A stretch of 64,000 nucleotides of DNA from the human T2T-CHM13v2.0 reference genome, Homo sapiens, in NCBI RefSeq assembly GCF_009914755.1, contig NC_060927.1, one strand, 5' to 3'. Below are positions 35,590-48,639 of this stretch, one piece after another. The first letter of the stretch is position 1. Every line of letters begins with the position of its first letter. A program made the translations under genes and the position numbers. A model generated the notes under the pieces. That model was not told the DNA's origin. It saw nothing but the letters and a program-made list of their open reading frames with translations, and did no database searches.

Positions 35590-35832
35590 GGGGTCCCTCT
35601 TCCAGGAAGCTTTCTAGGACATCCAGGCTGGGTAAGGCCCTCCCTCTGTGCCCCAAACCCCCTTCACGTCCCTCTATCAAAGTATGTCGCATGGGATGGA
35701 AACTGCCTATTTTCCCACTAGACCATGATTAACTAATGTTATGGAATGGTTTGTGAATGCCGTAGTGCCTGGTATAGAACCCGGCACATAGACAAGTAGA
35801 TGCTCAGAGGATGCTTCTTACAATGAATGAGG
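35590..35832 (+). mobile_element. L2 3' end
   Basis: 'tccaggaagctttctaggacatccaggctggg...gtagtgcctggtatagaacccggcacatag...aatgaatga'. Confidence 0.65.
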
Positions 35833-36404
35833 CACCTACTCTTACTTACATAGTTGATCCTCGTCAGGCTGGCTGGGTTAGTGTATGTACTGGGGAGTTG
35901 AGGGAACAAACAGGTGAGTAGATGGGAAACTAGGAGGAGGGCACAGAAGATCCCCCCAGGTGTGAAAAATTCCCAAATCCGTTGCCTCTAGGCCAGATGA
36001 GCCTCCGATTCCAGAGGTGGATGCTACTTTTCTTTGCACTCAGGCTGGTTCCCACTCTGCTTGCGTAGTTGTAAGAAGGACAACCACCACTGATCACCTC
36101 ACGTGTCCAGTGTAGGCTTGTCTGTCAAGAACTCTGTTCAAATTCTGTTCAAAACTCTGGTTTGAAAGACGGCATGCCTAAACTTGTATTTCTAGCCGTT
36201 CATGTTTATACCCACGGCTTTCTGATGATCGGTTTTCTCCATCTAACTTGAGAATAATGTGAAAAATGTGATGCAATTTGGGCAATGGAGCCAATAAACA
36301 TTCTTAAACGAGTATTTTTAGATGTAAATGGATTAAAATATTCATAAATCCTAACGTAATTGAAAGTCAATCTATTTCATAAACAAAGGGTTAAAATCCA
36401 AGCA

Positions 36405-37275
36405 GGTGAATAACACAATTTAAAAATGGGCGAAGAATCTGAATAGACAGCTTTCCTCTAAAAGATATACAAATGGCCAAAGGTACATAAAAAGATGCTC
36501 AATGTAATTAGCCATTAAGAAAATGAAAATCAAGCCTACAATGAGATACCACTTCACACCCACTAGATGGTTGTAATCGAAAAGACAAATACGTATTGGC
36601 AAGAATATGGAGACGTTGGAGTCCTCATACGCTGCTGCTGGGAATGTAAAATGGTACAGCCACTTAGGAAAATAGTCTAGCAGTTACTCAAAATGTTAAA
36701 CATAGAGTTACATATGACCCAGAAATTCTACTTTTAGGTGTATACCTCAGAGAAATGAAAACATATGATCACATAAAGACTTGCAATCAAATTTTCATAT
36801 CAGCATTATTCATAATAACCAAAAGGTGGAAACAACCCAAATGTTTATCAACTGATGAATGAGTAAACAAAATGTGGTATACTCATGCAATGGGATAGTA
36901 TTTGGTCATGAAACGGAATGAAGTACAGATGATGCTACAACATAAATGAACCTTGAAACATTGCGCTAAGTGAAAGAAACCAGTCACAAAGGATCGTATC
37001 ATCACATTGTATGATACTATTTGTGTGAAATGTTCAGTAGACAAATTTGTAGAGACAGAAAGTAGATTAGTGGTTGCCTAGGGCTGGGGGAGGGAGAATG
37101 AGGAATGACTGCTAATGGGTACACTTTCTTTCTGAGATGATAAAAATATTACAAAATTGATTGTGGTAATGGTTGCCTAACTCTGAGAGTATGCCTCCAA
37201 ACCATTAAACTGTACACTATAAGTGGGTGAATTGTATGGTATATAAGTTATATCTCAATAAAGATGTCATAAAAA
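36405..37275 (+). mobile_element. L1MB7/8-like LINE-1 3' end
   Basis: ORF2 C-terminal motifs ('aatgagataccacttcacacccactag', 'gggaatgtaaaatggtacagcc') and a 3'UTR ending 'ttatatctcaataaag'. Confidence 0.92.
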
Positions 37276-38069
37276 TGTGAGCCGAAAATCTGCTAGTCTC
37301 TCCCACCCAGGTTGTGAGCTCTTTCAAGGTAAATGTGACAACTTCTGCCTCTTTGATTCTCCCATGGAAGTAAGCACAGTGCTGAGTACAGGAAGTTTGC
37401 TTGTTGATTGGTTGAATAATTGATAAATATCTCTTAAAATGCAAAGGAGCAATAAAGAAACAATCCCCTTCACTACCTGCCATTATCAATAGGTGTGTGT
37501 GTTGCAGGGGAGTGAGAGGAAGAAAGAGTTTTGGTGGGGATCATTCATACCTCTCCAGTCCTTCTATTGCTGACAGGCAGGTGGGTAAGGTGGGGGAGGA
37601 GGGCAGTGAGGAATGGAGGGACTAGCACTTGAATTCCAGCTCAGCTGATACCTGGCCTGCAGCTTGGGTTCTGGGAATCAGCTGCCTGCTTATGAGAGAA
37701 GGGGCTGGAGGTTAAGTCTCAAAGGCACCTTGTTGAATGGACACCACGTGGTTGAGTCTAGGGGAAAGATCCTGATTGGAGTCTGGAACACTAGAAGTCC
37801 CATGAGCTTGGAAGGATTTAAATCTCCTTCTGCCCCAGGGATATCATTTTCCTGCATGTACTAAGTTGGGTTGGGCTCTGGGGTGTCTCTATTATCTTCC
37901 AGCTTTGTCTTCCAGATGGGAGCACACTTAGATTGGAATCTTGACCCTAGCTGTGCTGGTGGCCACACTGACTGGAATCAAGGATGTTCAGAGGTGGCTC
38001 CTTTCCCTTCTATTTCCCAGTCCCACTTGATTTTTCACTTTCTTTCTGGCCAAAAGAAGAAAAGGCAGA

Positions 38070-38230
38070 GCAGTGTGATTAGAGCAGAAAGAAGAGAAGG
38101 AAGAGGAGGAATAGGAGAAGGAATAGAGGCAAATGAGGGAGAGAGAAGGCAGGGAGAAGGAGAAAGTGGGGGAATAGAGGGAGTATGGAGAGGAATCCCC
38201 AGTGGCCAGGATGAAGAGGGGTAAGGCAGG
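38070..38230. repeat. GA-rich low-complexity tract
   Basis: Almost purely purine on the + strand. Confidence 0.75.
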
Positions 38231-38509
38231 GGTTCCGGAATTAGCAGCAACATCTGATGAAATGTTTGAGGAGTGATGGGCCAGTGGCAGGCATAGAGTT
38301 GTGGGCATCAGTTAGCTGCCCTTAGAGCCACTTTGGGTGGGTGCCATGACAGCAGCTACTTTGGGATCCTGGCTGGCAGCAGGTTCCTGTCTTCCTCTCC
38401 AGAATGAAGCACCTACTATCCTGCCTAAGGTGATCTTTGTGTGCAGACTTATCCTGCCTCTACAGGGTATTTAGGTGATGTAATAATAGTGATCATTCCT
38501 GCATTTGCA

Positions 38510-38680
38510 ATAGTAAGTATTATAATTCCTTACCATATCCCTATAAAGCAATTATTATTATCCTCACTTTACAGATGGGAACCCAGAGTACACAGAGAGA
38601 AAGATACAAGCTCCACAGAGCCCAGGCATGTCTACCTGTGAAGACCCAGATCCTTCTACCCCACAATGCTGCTCTTCAGT
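38510..38680 (-). mobile_element. MIR
   Basis: 'attatcctcactttacagatgggaacccagagtacacagag'. Confidence 0.6.
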
Positions 38681-39589
38681 GACAGTCTGGCATTTCCCTC
38701 TCCACACAATCCTTCCTTCCAGCCAAGCCCATCACTTATGTATGAAAGCACTCAGCCAATATTCACTGACATTTTAGGTTTGATCTTGACTTCATCTTGC
38801 AGAGACAAGGCTCTAAAAAAGACCCACCCTGGGATATGTCCCTAAGAGGGGCTCATTTAATGCACCCAGCAGGGCAGTGGGCATTGTGGAATGAACAGCC
38901 TCTCAGTTGGCTAATCCTACCTCACACAGGGAATGAGTGTCAGCTGAAGGAAGGGAGACATTTAGAGCTTTAGCATCAAACCAACACCATATTCCAAAAT
39001 GGTCACCTTGAGCCAGTGTCCCCACTGCCATTGGACATATCCCTCAGGAGAGGGCCACTGGCCATATGTCTGGGGCCAGGTCAGATTTCATACATGCTGA
39101 CTCCACGGCTACATCTCTCTGTATCCATAATGGAGTCTCTGTCAAAATGCTTGTTAAGACTATTTTTAAAAAGTCTTATTTAGCATGGAATTGATGCCAG
39201 AAATGCACTCTATAAAGAAAGACGACAAATGATCACTTCCTCTTCCAATTCTGTCCAAGGCCTGAAGCTGGAAGACTTACTGAGGAGTCTATTCTTGGAC
39301 ATTGAAGACAGAAGTTTTTTTAAAATATCATTTTAAAAAATGCCAATCAAAATGCAATGTTATCAGCACTCTTTGGGAGTCTATGTATAGTGTGTGAGCC
39401 AATGAGATAGAGTACTTCCAACAGAAGAATTGTCATTATGGCGATCAAGGCAGAGGGTTATGATGATACATATGTATCTATATAGATGAAAGTCACCATT
39501 TTCTTGAATACTACCTTCCAGCAGTGTTTATGGGGCAGCTCTAATGTGCTGGAAATGACCCACAGGCATGGATATACAAAGGCCCCAGA

Positions 39590-39832
39590 AAATAATAGCA
39601 AACACTTCTGTAGCACCAACACTGTGCCAGACACGTAATTATATCATTTAATTCTTGTAGTCACTCTAGTGGTCAGTACTATTATTATCTCCATTTTACA
39701 TGTTAGAAAACTGAGGCTCAGAGACGTTAAGATATTAACCCAAGGCCACACAGCTAGTATGTGATAAAGCTGAGATTAAAAACTCAGGCAGCCAGGCCTC
39801 CAAATATGGACTCTTAACCCCTGCACAGACTG
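39590..39832 (-). mobile_element. MIR, near full length
   Basis: 'ctccattttacatgttagaaaactgaggctcagagacgttaag...cccaaggccacacagctagt'. Confidence 0.85.
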
Positions 39833-40405
39833 CCTGCTTGAGGAGGCCATGCTGGCAGGGTCAGGGGAGGCTGCCTAGAGGTGGTGGAAAGAGGCCTCTT
39901 GCCCCTCCTCTGGCCATTCCCCGATGTGTGCCCCAATAGTGCCATGAGTTCTCTCTTACTGTTTTAATGACTACATCATGTTTCCAGTTCTTTTACCTTT
40001 TCTCTCACCCTCACTAGCTCCATCAGAGCAGAAGCTCTGTCTTCACCATCTGACTCCCAACCCATGGTCTGGCCCAGAGAAGGAGGTCAGTAAATTTAGG
40101 GTGAATGAAGTTGTTAAGGAAAGGCAGGAAGGAATGGCAAGGGCATCTCAGGTTGGACAGACATAGGAACCAAAGTATGGCAGTGGGAATAAATGAGAGG
40201 TCTGCTGAGGTCCTGGAGGGTCCATGGGGAGTCCAGGTCAGAAAGGCAAAATTGTAAAGGACCTTGAATGCAAGAGAGAAATAAAATTCAAAAAAAGTAG
40301 AGTCATTCTCTGGCCAATAGGCTTTAGGCATGAACAGTTTTGGAAATTTAAATGGACTTTGAGACCACAGGGAGTGTAGGAGGTCTCTAAGCTATGGGCC
40401 AACAA

Positions 40406-40530
40406 ACGCAGACAAGAGTTTTGGGAAGATTTCTGATATCTGTGAGGGGAAGGCTGAGAGAGGACGCAGACAAGAGTTTTGGGAAGATTTCTGACATCTG
40501 TGAGGGGAAGGCTTAGAGAGGATGCAGACA
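40406..40530. repeat. 58-bp tandem duplication (2 copies plus a 9-bp partial third)
   Basis: 40406-40463 and 40464-40521 are identical at 56/58 positions. Confidence 0.95.
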
Positions 40531-41374
40531 GGAGGCTCACAGAAAAAATCAGAGAATCCGCAAAATCAGAAAAAACTAAATCAATTAAAAACAAAAACTG
40601 ATGGGAACTTACCACGCTGTGAGACAAGTGGCAACTCCCAAGGGTGTTGGGGAATGCTTAGTCCTTCCTCCCTTCCCTAGGTTGCTCCCATGGAGAGACG
40701 TCCAGGGGCTCCGTTCAAAGTCTCCAGCCGACCATATCCTGTTGGATACCATCAGCCTCACATGTTCCTCATTACAGTTACCATCTTTTATAACACCAAT
40801 ACTAGGGCTGAACCTGCAAGACTTCATCTTTCCCCCAAGACTGCAGTTTCAAACATATTTTTCTCTCGTTCAAGGAACCAAACTCTTTTATCCTGCCCCA
40901 TCATGTTGGAGTAGGAAAAAGGAATTGCTCACCCTCAGCAAAATTGATGCAAATGCCAACTCTTACTTGGAAACAGCCCTATCATTGGGAAGCTGAGTTT
41001 TTCTCTTAGAAGCTCCTTCTGAGTCCCCAAGGGAAGTAGAATCATCATTTGTAAGAACTGTAAAATCATTTTCTTGGTTTGACAGCATCTGCTTTCTAGC
41101 ATGGTTGGCTATGAAGCAAGTGCTCACATTTGGGGCTCTGTTTTGCTAACAGACACCTGTGAAATGTGGCAAAATCACTGGGGCCTTTCAGCACTAGAAG
41201 CCCACTGCACAATCCTAGCTAGTAGCTTAGAGGCAGAAGCAGGGCAAGTCCGAAGTAGGGGCTCTGTGTGGACTTTACACACGCTACTCTCTCATCTTTC
41301 TCTCTTTGCCAGAATGTTCTCACCCAACCGGAATGAACCCTCTCTCTCCTCAAATTCTCTTTCGTCTTCCAAGC

Positions 41375-41962
41375 TGTGATGGTTAATTTTATGTGCCAAC
41401 TTGACTGGGCTAATGGATGCCCATATAGTTGATAAAACATTATTTCTGGGTATGTCTGTAAGGATTTTTCTGGAAGAGACTAGCATTTGAATTGGTAGAC
41501 TGAATAAAGAAAATCCACCCTCACCGTGGGTGGGTGTCATCCAAAGTGTTGAGGGCTGGAACGGAACAAAAGGCAGAGGAAGGGCAAAATCTTTCCCTTC
41601 TTCTTGTGCTGGGAAATCCATCTTCTCCTGCCTGTGGACATTGGAACTCCTGGTTCTCAGGGCTTCAGGCTCTGGAACTTACCCCAGCGGCCCCTCTGGT
41701 TCTGGTTCTTAGGCAAACAGACTTGGATTAAATTATACCACTGGCTTTCCTGGTTCTCTAGCTTGCAGATGGCAGATTGTGGGGCTTCCCAGCCTCCATA
41801 ATGACATAAGCCAATTTCCATAATCTCTTTCTATATATATCTATATAAATATATATCTATATATATGTACATATACATATATATATATATACACACACAT
41901 ACATATACATACACACACATATCCTATTGCTTCTGTTTCTCTGGAGAACTTTGATTAATATA
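41375..41962 (+). mobile_element. MLT2B-type (ERVL) solo LTR
   Basis: Starts 'tgtgatggttaattttatgtgccaacttgactgggc', ends 'ctggagaactttgattaatata'; TSD caagc/caggc. Confidence 0.92.
41830..41922. repeat. (TA)n/(TACA)n/(CA)n compound microsatellite inside MLT2
   Basis: Directly visible. Confidence 0.92.
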
Positions 41963-42159
41963 CAGGCCTGGGATAAGTGCCATCTATTTGGTGAGAATGT
42001 CCCCAGATTTCTATCTGCTGATGTTCTATATGAGCTACAGTCTGAACCACTTGAATTAGCCCTGGTGGAGTCTTCGATGCTGCCCTTTGATTCGGATGTG
42101 TGTTTTGTTTCCTCCCACCCAGGCTGTGGCTGGGTATCCCAGGGCAGAAGAAGGCCATG

Positions 42160-42370
42160 CAGTGGGGTGTTAATAGCCAGCTGGACTTGGCTCTGCCATT
42201 TACTGCCTTATATAAGTCACTTAATCTCTCTGAGCCTTAGTTTCTGTATCTGTAAAATGGGAATTACAATGGCAACTTCACAGGGTTGCTCAGAGTATTA
42301 AAAAGTAACTTATATAAAGTCCTTGTCATAGTGTCTGTCACATACATAGCTCTCAATTAATGGTATAATG
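42160..42370 (+). mobile_element. MIR
   Basis: 'aagtcacttaatctctctgagccttagtttctgtatctgtaaaatggg'. Confidence 0.8.
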
Positions 42371-42449
42371 TGCTCCTCCTCCTCATTATCATCATTCTGT
42401 ATATCTTCAAAGCATCTAATGGTCTGGAGCATATATCAGATGCTCAATA

Positions 42450-42716
42450 CAGGGCTGACTTAGCCACTGGGCCCGGTAGGCACCAAGCTTAGGGCCTATG
42501 ATAATTTCAGGGGCCCATGAAATATCTTATTTTTTTTTAATCAGAAAAAAAACATGGATATAATAGTAAGTATATAATAATGAATCCAGCCTATATTATA
42601 GTCATCTTTATACCAATGTGGTCACAAAATATAATTTTTAATTTTTTTATGGAGGGAGTGGCCCATGAAGGCTGAAGTGCCTAAAGCTTGCCTGTGGATG
42701 TCATAATGAGATTCTG
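42450..42716 (-). mobile_element. ORSL-like hAT-Tip100 MITE
   Basis: 'cagggctgacttagccactggg...agggcctatgata...ggggcccatgaa...aatgaatccagcct...tttataccaa...gtcataatg' resembles the ORSL consensus; 8-bp TSD gctcaata/gttcagta (6/8). Confidence 0.75.
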
Positions 42717-43739
42717 GTTCAGTAGATGTTAGTTAGGATGCCCATCTTTGGGGTTGCTGGTAACAGAACAACTATCTCCAGGACAGAAACTTGCTAGAGC
42801 CTCACAGCCTAGTGCAGGGCTGGGCTCAGGAAATGTGGGCTACTCTTCAGAGACAGAGAAATCGTTCTGTCTTCTCCAGAAATTCAATGTATGCCATGTG
42901 ACTGAAAGTTTCCTAAAATCTTACCACCTCCAGAAACTTAAACTTCCATTAGAAATCTGGAAGAATAAAATCCAACAAAAATGAAGAGTCACCACTTGGC
43001 AAATATGACTTAGGAAGAAATAGTCTGGGAAATTTAAAACATTGTTTCCTTGGGCAAGGGTGAATAGCTTTACTATGGTCAGAGCTAGAATTCTCCAGAG
43101 CCTTTGGCACAGGACTGCCTTAGAAACACATGGCTGTTTAACTCCTGGAGTTCTTTCTGGCTATTTAATTTCATAAAGGGAGGCCACCTATCAACCCTTT
43201 CCCCTGAAATTGCCTTTCATTTCCACAGGGAGAACATGGTGCAAGCTGTAGGGAGAAGGCATACAAATCTGTATCCATCCACTGAGTCCCTTTCCTGGGA
43301 TGAAAACCCCAGAGATTCAGGAGTCCCGCAACTCTCATGGCTTCACGGAGGTGATGTCATGGATTTGGGGGTGGACTCCCCTATGGGGCTGTGCCTAGGT
43401 TTTTTGGGAAGAATTTACCATCACACAAGGACTTTTTGGAAAGGGTTTTGATATGGAATCCTCTTTCCATTTGGAGATGCCTGGCTGGGATTTCCACCAC
43501 CCCTGGCAACAATGTTAGGAACTAATATTTACAAAGTGCTTCCTATGTGCTAAAGGCGTTCTTTACAGATTTAATCCCCATAAACACTTTGTGGGGACGC
43601 TATTTTTATCTGCTAGTAGAACTAAATGATCCATGTGATGGCCAATTAAAACACCCCATGTCTGTTCTCATTGTCATGTCACTTTAGTTCTTTCAAAGTA
43701 CACATTACTATAAAACACAGAATGGATATAGAAACAATC

Positions 43740-43960
43740 ATGGCTAATGTTCACTGAGCGCCTACTGCTAGTCAGGTGTTTTGCATGAATACTATTTAAG
43801 CTTCAAAAGATCCTTTGATATAGGTACTATTAACATTTCTGCTTTACAGCCGAGTAAACTGAAACCAAGTCCAGTGAAGTCACTTGCTCAAGGTCAGATC
43901 TATTAAGTGGTAGAGCCAGGATTAGAAAGAAGCCAACCAGTTTGCTCCTAAGCCATTGCT
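43740..43960 (-). mobile_element. MIR
   Basis: 'ctaatgttcactgagcgcctac...tttacagccgagtaaactgaaacc...cacttgctcaaggtcaga'. Confidence 0.75.
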
Positions 43961-44149
43961 GGCTCTCTGGTTCTTTTGCTGGGGTGCCTTCCCTCCTTTG
44001 TTCTTTCCTCTCCTCTTCCTCTTTTAGCACCTCGCCATTACCATCTATTTACACGGGGCCACTCTCTCCAGGTCTGTCTGTTTGTTTACTACTTATCTAT
44101 TTATTCGCCCCCGCCATCTCTGATCACCATACCCATTCCCCCACCCTTC

Positions 44150-45945
44150 ATAGGCTCCTGCTCTAATGAGTTTTGTGTAAAAATTTAAATAGGTGTGTCT
44201 TCTTATAAAATCTCTGGAGTTGTTTTGTGCATGCCTGGGTTTTAATTTACATAAAAACCGTTGTCCCATAAAACCTATTCTGGCTCTGACTTTTCCCATT
44301 TCAATCCATGCTTTTAAGTCTATCTTTGTTGAATTTATGTGTATCTCGTCCACAGCTTCTAACTGCTGCCTGGTGTTTTATTCTCCAGCACATTTTACTT
44401 AACTACCCCTCCAATGATGGACCCCCAAGCTTAACTTCCTGCTATTAAAACTTATAACACTGTTGATAAACATCTCATACTGGTTCCCTTATTAGATCTG
44501 TGAAAAATCTCTGGGATGTATAAATGGGAGTGGAATAGTCAGATTATAGACACAAATCCCCATAGTTTTAACAAATCCTACTAAATTGCTTTCCAAGAAA
44601 GCTGTACTAACTTAAAATCCCAGCAAGCAATGCACAGTGTTTCCAAATCCTCACATCTTCACCTCAACTATAAATTACCTACTTTTCTAATTTCTGCTAC
44701 CTGGGTGGGTATAAAGCACTGTCTCATTTATAATTTAATTTGCATATATTGATTACTACAGAGTAAGGGTATTAACTCATTATTCATTTGGCTTCCTATT
44801 TTGTGAGTTCCCTATTCATATTCCCACCACTTCAAAATATTGAGTTTCCCACCTTTTTCTTGGTAATTTAAAGTTCCCAACAGAGTTTAGCCTAGATATT
44901 AATCAGCTATTAGTGTTACATATTGCAGTATCTCCTTCCAGTCTGTCATTGATTTGTTAACTTTGTCTATGGTACACCTCGTTAAATCTCATGACTACCA
45001 AATTGTGATGTCTATCCATTTTCATGTGTTTTTTTTTGCTTTATGATTTGTGCTTTTGAGTATTTGATTGTAGATAGTAAATTACATTTTCTTCTATGAG
45101 GTTTATAGTTTTACTTTTCCTATTACACATTTATTCCATTTGGAATCTTTCAGCACAAAATAACTTGTCCAGCTTATGGCAAGCCAATTTCCCCACACCA
45201 CTCACTAAGCAATCTTCTTTCCTATTGCTCTGTGTACTACTTTGACTGTATGTAAGTATCCGTATATAGATGGTACTATTGGTATATTGGGTGCCATCCG
45301 TCTATTTCATTCCTATGCCTATCCTATACTGTTGTTATTACTACAGCTTTGTAGAAGGTTTTACTCTCTTCTTGGACTTAGCTATTTATGACACCGTATT
45401 CTTCCTTTAAAGTCTTGGAATGGGGTCTTAAAAAATTGAGCTGCATTTTGATTGGAATTGCATTGAATTTTTTCTATTTATTTGGAAGGCTTAACATATG
45501 CACCATATTAAACTGTCACTGAACATGGTGTATCCCTTCGATTACTCATATGTTATGTATATCTTCTTACAGAGAAAAAAATATTCTATGCAGGTTTTGT
45601 TAAATTTGTGGATACTTTTTTGTTTTTGTTCTTATTGTGTGTGCTATCCTACTTTTGATTATGTTTTTAGGTGATTTTTGACAGTGTGATGAAATACTAT
45701 TGATTTTTTGTGTTATTATCTTATCTATAACTGCCTATCCAAATTCTCTTAAAGTTGTAGTGCTGGTTATAAATTTTTTGTTACTTCTGTAGGGGGCACA
45801 TTATTTTTTAAAAATGATAGCTGTGTATTTTATTATTTATTTAGTTTTTCACCTCTTTTTTTTTTCTGGTCTTATAGCACAGACAAGGACCTTCCATGTC
45901 TGGTTAAATGGTGCTGTAAACAGCGGAGCCTACATTCTTTGCCCC
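44150..45945 (-). mobile_element. Ancient L1ME-type LINE-1 (3'UTR plus ORF2 part)
   Basis: Long AT-rich antisense L1 with 'gggagtggaatagtcagatt', 'ttaatttgcat' and 'tttgattggaattgcattgaat'. Confidence 0.75.
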
Positions 45946-46801
45946 TGTGCAGTAAGTCTTAATGGCATTGACCCTCATGCCTCTTTCAGAGTCTGCAGAT
46001 GAAAGCTTACAGGACCACAAGTTGTTTCTTTCTCCCTTCATATTTACTTGTTTTTTTCTTATGGAAGCTTACCATTTCATTGGGAAAATGAACATCATTT
46101 ACATTTTACTTTTAAAACACTGACCTCTAAGCAGCACAGTGTGTTTGCCAAGAAGCCAAGAGGAGGAAAGGATGAAGGAAGTATAAGGAAGAGCAAAGGA
46201 CAAGAGACAATTTTCTTGTCTCTAGAGAGCTATGTTTCCATATTCACTAGACCATAAACTTTGTCCAAGTCTCTGTTTTTTTCTTTTTAGGGTAAAGCGG
46301 AATTCTGAGATTAAAAATATCTTTGGGTGAATTTGAATGATTAAACATCATTCATTCATTCAACACTTATATATTGAGTGCCAAGTAGCCAACACTGCGC
46401 TGAGCAAGGAATTTGATTTATTTCAAGTTTTCATTAGTCACTTGTTCCCATAAGAAAAATGGGCACCTACAACCTTGAAATCTTAAATAATGCAAATATG
46501 GCTTTGTGAAAATGAGCCATGGGAAGCAGAAGAACTTTCAAAGAAGGCAGACCATACAGCAAACGTGCTGCCCAATGGCACCAATTTGATATGGGGTAGA
46601 AGTGATGAAAGTTTTTAATACTTTGGCTTCTTTCTTCAGAGCTCACTCTACTTAGGGGTGGGGGAGACACATAACAACAGAGCATGATCGATACCCAGCT
46701 AGAGATATGAGCGAGACATGGTGGACACATGGAGGAGAAGAGGGTTAGCTCTGACCAGAGAGAGGTAGGGATAGCCTTGCTGGGGAGTTGAGTCAAGTTA
46801 G

Positions 46802-47120
<319 letters not shown>

Positions 47121-47324
47121 TTTCATTATATGCCTACACACAAAAACACACACTCACACACCTACTCCCTACCCACATATGCACATGTGACATGTATACA
47201 GGAAATAGGGTCAACTTAGAGTTCAGATGGGTGACTTTATGAACAAGTGACTGGAAGATACAGCTAGCACGACTTGGCAAGGACCTAATTGTTTTGGAAA
47301 ATGAAGGCTGGGAAACATGGCCTT

Positions 47325-47440
47325 GGTACCAAAATCTCACAAATCACCACTAAAGAACTTACTCATGTAACCAAATACTATCTGTTCCCCAAAAACCTAT
47401 GGAAATAAAAAAATTAAAAAACAAACAAACAAAACAAACT
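47325..47440 (+). mobile_element. L1PB1-like extreme 3' fragment
   Basis: 'accaaaatctcacaaatcaccactaaagaacttactcatgtaaccaaata...aacctatggaaataaaaaa' followed by an (AAAC)n tail; same family as 13088-13438. Confidence 0.85.
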
Positions 47441-47864
47441 AGATGCTTGCCTCTTGATTCCCAACTTGAGGGGCTAGGAGCAGAGAGTGTGGTGGCAAGA
47501 TTTGAACCTACGTCTTGTCCTACTTCTCACTTCTGCTGTAGGAAGAATGACTGTCTTCTGGAGAAGTCAGGAGTCACTATAAGGTGTCTGGGGTATTCTG
47601 AGAACTTCTGACAAGCAGGAGCTGCCTTGTGGCAGAGGGAGCCCCTCCTGATGCAGACTGGCATTTCTGTGTCCTGTTCAAGCGGTTCCAGAGAGATCCA
47701 GACATTGGTGGGTGCCTTGCTTGAAAAGAATTGTTTTCAGATGGGGTTGCTGACCTCCAGACTGCTATAAAACTTATCAGGATGCTGGTAGAAACCCCAA
47801 AGCACCTCAGTCTCTGGCTCAAACCTAGCTTCAGAGGACCAATCTTATTAAGTATACGAGGATG

Positions 47865-48080
47865 TGTAGAGCCAGGCTTTCATCACAATGGTCTGAGTTT
47901 GAAGCCCAATTGTCCCACCTATAGATGGATGACTATGAGCAAATAACTTAACTTTTCGGAACCTGTTTTCTCATCTGTAAAAAGGGCTAAGAGTATCTAT
48001 GTCATAGAGCTGTCAAGAGGATCAAATGAAGTAGCTTGCATATTTCCTGAAACATGGCAAATGCTTAATAAATGATAGCT
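47865..48080 (+). mobile_element. MIR
   Basis: 'gagcaaataacttaacttttcggaacctgttttctcatctgtaaaa'. Confidence 0.75.
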
Positions 48081-48089
48081 AGCTGGATG

Positions 48090-48290
48090 TCAAAAGAAAA
48101 AGCTGCAGAGTAAAGGTGGTGCTTGAAAGATGAATAGATGTTTGCTAGGCAGCTATGCTGGCAGGGCTTCCGAGTGGGAGGGAGCAGTTGAACAAAGGCC
48201 CCGAGGCGTGAAATAGCCTGACATTTCAGGAAGCTATAAGTGGTTTGGTTTGGCTGGAGCATAATGTAGGGGAGAAGAAGGACATGCATT
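48090..48290 (-). mobile_element. L2 fragment
   Basis: 'gagcagttgaacaaaggccccgaggcgtgaaatagcctgacatttcaggaag...tttggctggagca'. Confidence 0.65.
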
Positions 48291-48639
48291 GTTTGTGGCA
48301 CACATATAGATAGTTAATTATAGATAGACTTAAGTGGTTCGCTAATTGCCTCACCTATGTGTCTGGTCATCTGGAGAAGATAGCTATTTCCCTGTTGCTG
48401 GAGGCTCCTGTCTCGTGGTCAGCTTGGTGGCTAGACCAGGCCAGGTGTCCTTGAGAAGGACTGTCTCTTCACGTTCTGGGTTTAGCCATCAGCACAGTAA
48501 GCCATGGCTGAAAGGAGGTTTAGTTTGGGGTAGTCCACCTGTATCCCTGTCCCTGAGGCACTCCAACCCACTCCCAGCCAGAGCCCTCTACTGCCTCTTT
48601 GCAAGCTGGAGGCAGGTTGCAGTTGGGGCATCACTTGAC

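Noticed and set aside
40406-40530. Direct repeat as a CRISPR-like array
   Set aside because: Two head-to-tail units with no spacers, in eukaryotic DNA with no cas genes.
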